Source: Candidatus Omnitrophota bacterium
GTDB taxonomy: Bacteria; Omnitrophota; Gorgyraeia; JAFGHF01
DNA: 64,000 bases
Assembly: GCA_043805735.1 (NCBI GenBank)
Contig: JAZDHS010000024.1
Location: forward strand, 2,792 to 66,791
Reading direction: 5' to 3'
Shown here: positions 57,284-64,000 of the stretch, piece by piece
Layout of the letters: every line of letters starts with the position of its first letter
How positions within the stretch are numbered: the stretch's first letter is position 1
Program-made: the position numbers and the translations under genes
The notes under the pieces: generated by a model
The model's database searches: none
The model's input: the letters and a program-made list of their open reading frames with translations, nothing else
What the model was told of the DNA's origin: nothing

Positions 57284-58116
57284 AACCGAACCTCCTCGTT
57301 TGCCGCCATTTCCATTCCTTCCAATTCGCGAATACAACGGATAATCAGTTCTACTGTAATCGTCTTGGTTTCCTCCACAAATGCCGCTAATAAAGCTTTA
57401 TCGCAGAGGATATTAATCAGCCGGGGTACCCCTTGCGAGTACTTATAAATTTCGCTGACTGCCCCTTTAGTAAAAAAGGTATTTCCCGACGCCCCGGCAA
57501 CGGTAAGCCGGTGGGCAATGTAGGCCTCTACTTCATCTTCGTCTAACGCCGCGATGTGATAACGCACGCTGATTCTCTGCCTTAGCTGGCGTAATTCGGG
57601 AAGCTTAAGCCGCTGGCGCAATTCCGGCTGCCCGACCAATACTATCTGCAGCAGCTTTTCTTTTTCCGTCTCCAGGTTAGAAAGTAAACGGATTGCCTCC
57701 AAAAGAGAGCTCTTTAAATTCTGGGCCTCATCGACAATGACCACCACATTGTTACCCAGGGCTAACTGCTGGATCAGAAAGTTATTCAGGGCATCCAAAA
57801 GCGAAAGCTCGGGTGACCTTTTTACCTCAATGCCCAAATCCTGGACAATCGAACGGAGTAATTGATATTTACTTAATTCGGGATTTAGAATCAGGGCGGT
57901 TCTAGTGTTTTTATCCAGGGAATTCAACAGCGCCTTACAGATCGTGGTCTTGCCGGTACCGATTTCACCGGTAATTTCCAAAAAGCCTTTGCGCTCTTTA
58001 ATCCCGTAGATCAGGTGGGCGAACGCCTCTTTATGCTTACGGCTAAAGAAGAGGAAGGCCGGATCGGAAGTAACGTTAAACGGCTTTTCTTTCAGGCCAA
58101 AAAATTGCTCGTACAT
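57280..58116 (-). CDS. ExeA/GspA-family AAA ATPase
   Basis: MYEQFFGLKEKPF, GEIGTGKTT, VDEAQNL, LVGQPEL, GVPRLINILCD. Confidence 0.95.
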   Translation of the reverse strand: MYEQFFGLKEKPFNVTSDPAFLFFSRKHKEAFAHLIYGIKERKGFLEITGEIGTGKTTICKALLNSLDKNTRTALILNPELSKYQLLRSIVQDLGIEVKRSPELSLLDALNNFLIQQLALGNNVVVIVDEAQNLKSSLLEAIRLLSNLETEKEKLLQIVLVGQPELRQRLKLPELRQLRQRISVRYHIAALDEDEVEAYIAHRLTVAGASGNTFFTKGAVSEIYKYSQGVPRLINILCDKALLAAFVEETKTITVELIIRCIRELEGMEMAANEEVRL

Positions 58117-58125
58117 AGCATATTT

Positions 58126-58154
58126 AGTATAACACCGCGCCCGCCGCTTGTAAA
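58126..58154 (-). promoter_or_regulatory. Sigma70-type promoter for exeA, near-leaderless
   Basis: Minus strand TTTACA-17nt-TATACT, 9 nt before ATG. Confidence 0.65.
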
Positions 58155-58179
58155 GAGTTTTTCAGCAAAAACACTGGGC

Positions 58180-58208
58180 TTGACAACGACTGAAAATCAG
58201 TGTAAGAT
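58180..58208 (+). promoter_or_regulatory. Sigma70-type promoter for dnaE
   Basis: TTGACA-17nt-TAAGAT. Confidence 0.7.
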
Positions 58209-58252
58209 GCTTCTGTCGAAGCAATTCCTTTCAGTGGATCTACTAAATTCCG

Positions 58253-61200
58253 ATGACTCAGCATTCCGATTTTGTGCACTTACACGTGCACACTCAATAT
58301 AGCCTTTTAGACGGGGCCTGTAAAATTGACGCCCTGCTTAATTTAGCCCGTAATGAACGCGCGCCCGCCTTAGCCATTACCGATCACGGTAACCTCTTTG
58401 GTGTAATTGAATTCTACCAGCAATGCATTGTCGATGGTGTAAAACCGCTGATCGGCTGTGAAATATACATCGCCCCCGTCAGCCGCCTGGAAAAAACCCT
58501 GCAGAACAATCAGGAAAACGCCTACCATCTTACACTGCTGGCCAAAGACGAAAAAGGTTATAAAAATTTAATGCTGCTGGTCAGCATTGGCTACCTTGAG
58601 GGATTTTATTACAAGCCCCGAATCGACAAAGAATGCTTGCGTCAACACAGCCAAGGCCTGATTGCCTTAAGCGGATGCCTGCACGGAGAAATTGCGCATG
58701 CGTTTCTTACCGGGTCGGCGCAAAAGGCGGCTGAACTGGCCGGTGAATACAGCGAAATTCTGGGTAAAGACAATTTTTATCTGGAACTGCAGGATCAGGG
58801 AATACCCCAGCAGAAAACAGTCAATCGCGCGCTGATTGAGTTGAGTAAAAAGCTTGCTCTTCCAATAGTTGCCACCAACGATGTCCACTATTTAAGCAAA
58901 AGAGACGCCGCGGCGCACGACGCGCTCTTATGCATCCAAACCCAAACTACCCTCTCTAACACCAACCGCCTGAAGATGGCCACCGATGAATTCTATTTTA
59001 AAAATGCGGCGCAAATGCACGAGCTGTTTAAGGAAACTCCGGAGGCAATTTCCAATACGCTGGCCATTGCCGAAAAATGCAACATGGAGATCGATTTCTC
59101 AAAAACCTATCTGCCTCACTATAAAGTCCCCGAAGGTATTTCTCGGGAAGACTATCTGCGGCAACTCTGCAACGAAGGCCTGCAGAAAAGGTATAAAGGC
59201 CAAATCGACAAGATTATCATCGACCGTTTAAACCACGAACTCAACGTAATCAAAGATTCCGGATACATTAGTTATTTTTTAATCGCTTGGGACTTCATCC
59301 ATTACGCCAAAGAAAAGGGGATCCCCCATGGCCCCGGCCGCGGTTCCGCGGCGGGTAGTATCGTCAGTTACATCTTGGGGATTACCGACATTGACCCACT
59401 GAAATACGGCCTGATCTTTGAACGCTTTCTCAACCCTGAACGCGTCAGCCTGCCCGACATTGACATCGATTTTTGTTATGAACGCCGCGGTGATGTCATT
59501 AATTACGTTACTGAGAAATACGGTAAACAAAACGTCGCCCAAATCATCACCTTCGGCACGATGGGGGCCAAGGCGGTGGTGCGCGATGTCGGCCGCGTAA
59601 TGGGGATGCCTTATGCCGAGGTCGATAAAATTGCCAAGCTTATCCCTACTGACTTGAATATCGCCCTGACCTCCGCTCTTCAGGCTGAGCCAGAACTAAA
59701 AAGTCTCTACAAAAGCAACCCCCAGATTAAAGAACTGCTTGATACCTCTCTGGCGCTGGAAGGGCTTACCCGTCATGCCTCTACGCACGCTGCCGGAGTT
59801 GTGATTTGCGAGGATAATCTCACCGAGCACATCCCGTTATTTAAAACCAGCGATGGACAGATTACTACCGGGGTCGCGATGGGCTCCCTGGAAAAAATCG
59901 GCCTGTTAAAAATGGACTTTTTAGGCCTGCGCACGCTCACCGTAATCGACGAGACCATTAAAATTATCAAACGAATGAAGGGCATCGACCTGGACTTAAC
60001 CACGCTTTCCTTAGAAGACTTAAAAACCTATGAACTCCTCGGCCAGGCCAAGACCGTGGGCGTGTTTCAGTTAGAAAGCCGAGGAATGCGCGACCTGCTT
60101 AAAAAACTCAAACCGGAAAAATTTGAAGACCTGGTAGCGCTGTTGGCGATTTATCGTCCCGGCCCGATCGGCAGCGGTATGGTCGATGATTTTATCAGAC
60201 GTAAGCACGGCCAGGTTCCAATTAGCTACGACGACCCGCACCTTGAGCCGATCCTCAAAGAAACCTACGGCATTATTATCTTCCAGGAGCAAGTCATGCA
60301 GATTGCCAGCGAACTGGCCGGTTTCGCACTAAGCCAGGCCGACATCTTAAGGCGGGCAATGAGCAAAAAAGATACGCAGGTCATGGAAGAACAACGCAAC
60401 TTTTTTGTCGACGGCTGCGTGCGCAATAAAATTAATAAAAAAGTGGCCAGCAAGATTTTTAACTTGATCGAATATTTTGCCGGCTATGGTTTTAATAAAT
60501 CGCATTCCGCGGCCTACGCGCTGATTTCTTACCGCACAGCCTATCTCAAAGCTAATTTTCCGGTTGAATTCATGACCGCGTTACTCACCAGTGAAAAAGA
60601 CAACACCGACAAAATCGTGGTCTATATCAACGAGGCCAATAAAATGGCGATCGAGATCCTTTCTCCCGACGCAAACGAGAGTTTTGCCAAATTCACCATG
60701 GTCTCCGATGCCTCGATCCGCTTCGGGTTATCGGCCGTAAAAAATGTGGGCCAGGGCGCGATTGACTCCATTATCCTCGCCCGTAATAAACAGGGAAGGT
60801 TTAATTCTCTTTTTGAATTTTGCGAATTCACCGATTCGCGCCTGGTAAATAGAAAGGTTATTGAGAGTCTGATTAAATGCGGGGCTTTTGATAGTTTCGG
60901 GCAATTTCGTTCCCAGCTAATGGTCAACCTGGATAAGGCGCTGGAAATGGCTCAAGGATTTCAAAAAGACCGGCAAAACGGCCAATTCTCTTTCTTTGAC
61001 GCCAACAACAAAACCCAAACTTTTAAAAAAGACTTTTACGACACGCCGGATTTACCGGAGTGGCCGGAAAACCAACTCCTGGCCTACGAAAGACAGATGC
61101 TCGGCTTTTATATCACCGGGCATCCGCTGGCCCGCTATGCCAAAACCTTAAACGCCTATGCCACCCACTCCACCCAAGACATCGCCAATTTGAAAGAAGG

Positions 61201-61702
61201 GGAGGCCATCTCTATTGGCGGGGTAATCAGCAAGGTCCGCAATTTGATCACCCGAAAAAATGAAAAAATGGCTATATTGGAATTGGAAGACCTCAGCGGC
61301 TTCATCGAAGTGCTCGTCTTTCCACGGGTATTTACCCAATATAGCCAAATTGTCAAGCTACACTCGATTATCTTCATGAAAGGGCGGATCAGCCTGCGCG
61401 ACCGGGAACCGCAAATAGTAGCCGAAGAAATTATTCCGCTGCCGGATGTGCATAAATACTATACCATTTCGATCCAAATTACGCTTTTTACTACCGGCCT
61501 GGAAGAACAAATGCTCAACAAGCTCAAAGACATCCTCAAACGCCACCCTGGAAAAATACCGGTTTACCTAGGCCTGCAAAGCCCCGACCACCACCGGGTC
61601 CAGCTGGAAGTCAATCCCGAATTCTATAGCGAACCCTCGGAACAGCTGGTCAGCGAAATCGAAACCGCTCTGGGAGAAGGGGTTGTAACACTAAGAAGCT
61701 GA
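58253..61702 (+). CDS. dnaE: DNA polymerase III subunit alpha
   Basis: HLHVHTQYSLLDG, GPGRGSAAGS, PDIDIDF, KMDFLGL, YGFNKSHS. Confidence 0.99.
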   Translation: MTQHSDFVHLHVHTQYSLLDGACKIDALLNLARNERAPALAITDHGNLFGVIEFYQQCIVDGVKPLIGCEIYIAPVSRLEKTLQNNQENAYHLTLLAKDEKGYKNLMLLVSIGYLEGFYYKPRIDKECLRQHSQGLIALSGCLHGEIAHAFLTGSAQKAAELAGEYSEILGKDNFYLELQDQGIPQQKTVNRALIELSKKLALPIVATNDVHYLSKRDAAAHDALLCIQTQTTLSNTNRLKMATDEFYFKNAAQMHELFKETPEAISNTLAIAEKCNMEIDFSKTYLPHYKVPEGISREDYLRQLCNEGLQKRYKGQIDKIIIDRLNHELNVIKDSGYISYFLIAWDFIHYAKEKGIPHGPGRGSAAGSIVSYILGITDIDPLKYGLIFERFLNPERVSLPDIDIDFCYERRGDVINYVTEKYGKQNVAQIITFGTMGAKAVVRDVGRVMGMPYAEVDKIAKLIPTDLNIALTSALQAEPELKSLYKSNPQIKELLDTSLALEGLTRHASTHAAGVVICEDNLTEHIPLFKTSDGQITTGVAMGSLEKIGLLKMDFLGLRTLTVIDETIKIIKRMKGIDLDLTTLSLEDLKTYELLGQAKTVGVFQLESRGMRDLLKKLKPEKFEDLVALLAIYRPGPIGSGMVDDFIRRKHGQVPISYDDPHLEPILKETYGIIIFQEQVMQIASELAGFALSQADILRRAMSKKDTQVMEEQRNFFVDGCVRNKINKKVASKIFNLIEYFAGYGFNKSHSAAYALISYRTAYLKANFPVEFMTALLTSEKDNTDKIVVYINEANKMAIEILSPDANESFAKFTMVSDASIRFGLSAVKNVGQGAIDSIILARNKQGRFNSLFEFCEFTDSRLVNRKVIESLIKCGAFDSFGQFRSQLMVNLDKALEMAQGFQKDRQNGQFSFFDANNKTQTFKKDFYDTPDLPEWPENQLLAYERQMLGFYITGHPLARYAKTLNAYATHSTQDIANLKEGEAISIGGVISKVRNLITRKNEKMAILELEDLSGFIEVLVFPRVFTQYSQIVKLHSIIFMKGRISLRDREPQIVAEEIIPLPDVHKYYTISIQITLFTTGLEEQMLNKLKDILKRHPGKIPVYLGLQSPDHHRVQLEVNPEFYSEPSEQLVSEIETALGEGVVTLRS

Positions 61703-61722
61703 CCAGTCTTTAAATCCGCCGA

Positions 61723-61775
61723 TTATCCACATTACCGCATTTTTCCTTGACAGCTAAACTCTTTAATGCTATATT
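61723..61775 (+). promoter_or_regulatory. DnaA box plus sigma70 promoter of the HU gene
   Basis: TTATCCACA at 61723-61731; TTGACA(61747)-17nt-TATATT with extended TG. Confidence 0.7.
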
Positions 61776-61808
61776 ATTTAAGTCTTGAAATTACTTATAG
61801 TTAGCACA

Positions 61809-61863
61809 TTAATTCGCACAACAACTTACGTCACTATCGTTCCGTAAGTTGCGTGCTCATTAA
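61809..61863. repeat. TTAA-bounded palindromic cassette, homologous to 4537-4624
   Basis: ttaattcgcacaacaacttacg...cgtaagttgcgtgctcattaa, followed by ggag. Confidence 0.88.
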
Positions 61864-61879
61864 GGAGGTGAAATGAAAA

Positions 61880-62152
61880 ATGACAAAGAAGGAAATCGTC
61901 CTCAAGATTGCCGAAGAAACGAATATTAAGCAGGTAGACGTAAAGAAAGTAGTGCAAAAGGCGTTAGATGAAATTGTTGCCGCCTTAGCCAGGGGGGAAC
62001 GGGTAGAGCTGCGCAACTTTGGTATTTTTAAGGTTAAAGCTAGACGCGGCCGCACCGGTAGGAACCCACGCACCGGACAGGCAGTTCCCGTACCGGCGAA
62101 AAAGGTAGCGGTCTTTAAACCCGGTTTAATCATGAAACGGGACATCAAGTAG
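61880..62152 (+). CDS. HU/IHF family DNA-binding protein
   Basis: [27 protein letters not shown]. Confidence 0.97.
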   Translation: MTKKEIVLKIAEETNIKQVDVKKVVQKALDEIVAALARGERVELRNFGIFKVKARRGRTGRNPRTGQAVPVPAKKVAVFKPGLIMKRDIK

Positions 62153-62290
62153 CGCAAACCCAGCATTAGCCGCTGCAGCAACTTTACTCCGAGAATATTG
62201 TCTTTACTGCGCATTAATATAACTACTTAGAATGAAAGGCCTTTAAGGCCGACGCCTTGAGACTTTTTATATACTATTTTGACAGGCACA

Positions 62291-63535
62291 ATGAGAATAA
62301 AAGCGGTTAGAGGAACAAAAGATATCCTGCCATACGATGCAAAAATATGGCGGTTAATCGAAGATAAAGCAAGAAGTTTATTAGAACTCTATTGCTATCA
62401 AGAAATACGCACGCCTCTTCTGGAAGAAGCCCGCCTTTTTACGCGCAGTATCGGCGAAAGCTCCGATATCGTCCGCAAAGAGATGTATTCTTTCAAGGAC
62501 CGTAAAGAAAGAGTGCTTTGCCTGCGGCCGGAAGGAACGGCCTCGGTAGTCCGGGCTTACCTGGAGCACGATCTAGACCAAAGCGAGCAGCTAAGCAAAT
62601 TTTATTATTTCGGCCCGATGTTTCGGGCCGAACGGCCGCAAGCCGGAAGGCTGCGCCAGTTTCATCACATCGGGGTAGAAGCAATCGGCTCAGGCTCACC
62701 TTACTTAGATGCAGAGGTGATTACCCTAGCCGTAAGAATCCTTGAGCATACCGGCGTAAATAACTTCACCGTCCATTTAAATAGTATCGGTTCACAACAA
62801 GACCGCGAAGAGTTTAAGTCGCTAATCTCAACAGCCCTAAAGAGTAAAATTAAAGAACTCTGCCCGGATTGCCACAGCCGGCTAAAAACTAATGTGCTGC
62901 GTATTTTTGATTGCAAAAATACCTCCTGCCAGGCAGTGACCCGCCAATTGCCGCCGATAACGCAAGCGCTGGGATCGCAAAGCAAAGAACATTTCCTACA
63001 AGTGCAAAAACTTCTCGATACCTTGAGCATTCCTTATACACTTAATCCCTTCTTAGTACGCGGGCTGGATTACTACACTACTACTTGTTTTGAAATTGTA
63101 CATCCGAATTTAGGGGCGCAAAATGCGCTCGGGGCCGGGGGAAGATACGACAGCTTAGTCAGCGATCTCGGCGGGCCGCCGCGACCGGCAGTCGGGTTTG
63201 CCCTGGGCATGGAACGCTTAATTGCGGCCAAGATAGTAGAGCCCGGCGAACCGGGACCGGGGATGCGCGTTTTTATTGCGGTGCTCGGAGATCAAGCCCA
63301 ACCACTGGCTTTTTCTCTTTTAAACTCGCTACGCGGTGAGGGCATTAGCGCGGAGATGAATTATCAGGATAAATCACTGAAAAGCCAAATGCGCCTGGCC
63401 GATAAATTAGCGGCGGCGAACGTCGTCATTATCGGCGAAGAAGAAGTCAAAAAACAAAAAGTAATCTTACGTAACATGCGCGATAAAACCCAAAAAGAAG
63501 TCGAAATCGCAAGACTTGCACAGGAGTTAGAATAA
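62291..63535 (+). CDS. hisS: Histidine--tRNA ligase
   Basis: RGTKD, LRPEGTA, FRAERPQAGRLRQF, LVRGLDYY, GGRYD. Confidence 0.99.
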   Translation: MRIKAVRGTKDILPYDAKIWRLIEDKARSLLELYCYQEIRTPLLEEARLFTRSIGESSDIVRKEMYSFKDRKERVLCLRPEGTASVVRAYLEHDLDQSEQLSKFYYFGPMFRAERPQAGRLRQFHHIGVEAIGSGSPYLDAEVITLAVRILEHTGVNNFTVHLNSIGSQQDREEFKSLISTALKSKIKELCPDCHSRLKTNVLRIFDCKNTSCQAVTRQLPPITQALGSQSKEHFLQVQKLLDTLSIPYTLNPFLVRGLDYYTTTCFEIVHPNLGAQNALGAGGRYDSLVSDLGGPPRPAVGFALGMERLIAAKIVEPGEPGPGMRVFIAVLGDQAQPLAFSLLNSLRGEGISAEMNYQDKSLKSQMRLADKLAAANVVIIGEEEVKKQKVILRNMRDKTQKEVEIARLAQELE

Positions 63536-63538
63536 CTA

Positions 63539-64000
63539 ATGATGCGCACACATACCTGCGGAGAACTCAACGATAAACATCTAGGCCAAGAAGTAACACT
63601 TTGTGGTTGGGTCCATAGCCGGCGCGACCACGGCAATATTGTTTTCATTGACCTGCGTGATAAATTTGGCCTGACCCAAATAGTTTTTTGGGGTAAAAAA
63701 GCGATTGAAAAGATTGCCGACATCCGTTCGGAGTTTGTCTTAAAAATCAAAGGCAAGGTCCAGCCCCGGCCAAAAGGCACAGAGAATCCTAAAATCCCTA
63801 CCGGCCTGATTGAGGTTGCGGTTACGGAGTTTGAGATTTTAAACACTTCGCAAACCCCGCCGTTTGAAATTTCCGGCACGATCGAGGCCACCGAGGAAGT
63901 CCGTTTCACCCACCGCTATCTTGACCTGCGCCGACCGGGCGTAATTGAAAAGTTAGAGTTACGGCACAAAGTGATCAAGGCAATGCGCGATTTCCTTGAT
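63539..64000 (+). CDS. aspS: Aspartate--tRNA ligase, N-terminal part (3'-truncated by window)
   Basis: MMRTHTCGEL...LCGWVHSRRDHGNIVFIDLRD...RYLDLRR; follows hisS. Confidence 0.97.
   Translation, partial: MMRTHTCGELNDKHLGQEVTLCGWVHSRRDHGNIVFIDLRDKFGLTQIVFWGKKAIEKIADIRSEFVLKIKGKVQPRPKGTENPKIPTGLIEVAVTEFEILNTSQTPPFEISGTIEATEEVRFTHRYLDLRRPGVIEKLELRHKVIKAMRDFLD

Noticed and set aside
58253-61702. Intein in dnaE
   Set aside because: Length (1149 aa) is normal and no splicing or homing-endonuclease motifs were seen.
61723-61731. Replication origin
   Set aside because: A single DnaA box, with no box cluster and no dnaA or dnaN nearby.
62153-62278. ncRNA or repeat copy after HU (acccagcatt)
   Set aside because: Only a 10-nt match to the AGACCC family with no complementary arm; no recognisable 6S, SRP or tmRNA features.

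Overview
A core-genome chromosomal window from a bacterium, most likely PVC superphylum and probably Candidatus Omnitrophota-like (inferred from the PVC-signature small basic protein and overall gene content). Positions 1-12.7 kb hold the S10/spc/alpha ribosomal superoperon from the 3' end of rplB to rplQ, with no rpmD. It runs directly into aspC-like, leuC-like, pilT, leuD-like, icd-like, mdh and aminotransferase genes. The rest is mostly + strand: GGDEF-PilZ, MarC, a two-gene putative DNA-binding operon, a beta-CASP RNase, glycolipid and envelope genes, rpsU, an M16 protease, aroQ-Xaa-Pro peptidase-efp-accBC, pfkA, gmhA, rfaE2, thiamine genes, tRNA-Gly(CCC), an NlpD-like lipoprotein, a degenerate ATPase, dgt, a PocR-GAF-HD-GYP protein, aroB, exeA/gspB-like (minus strand), dnaE, HU, hisS and the 5' end of aspS. 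I saw no prophage, integrase, transposase or CRISPR array. The most distinctive unexplained signal is a set of related intergenic palindromic elements. These are nested stems with tandem GA mismatches, a TTAA-bounded cassette shared upstream of rplF and HU, and an AGACCC hairpin family with four copies. Other oddities are PilT inserted between two enzyme-subunit genes, an amphipathic tail on L17 and an unannotated 54-aa ORF. All family assignments come from motif recognition; no searches were run.
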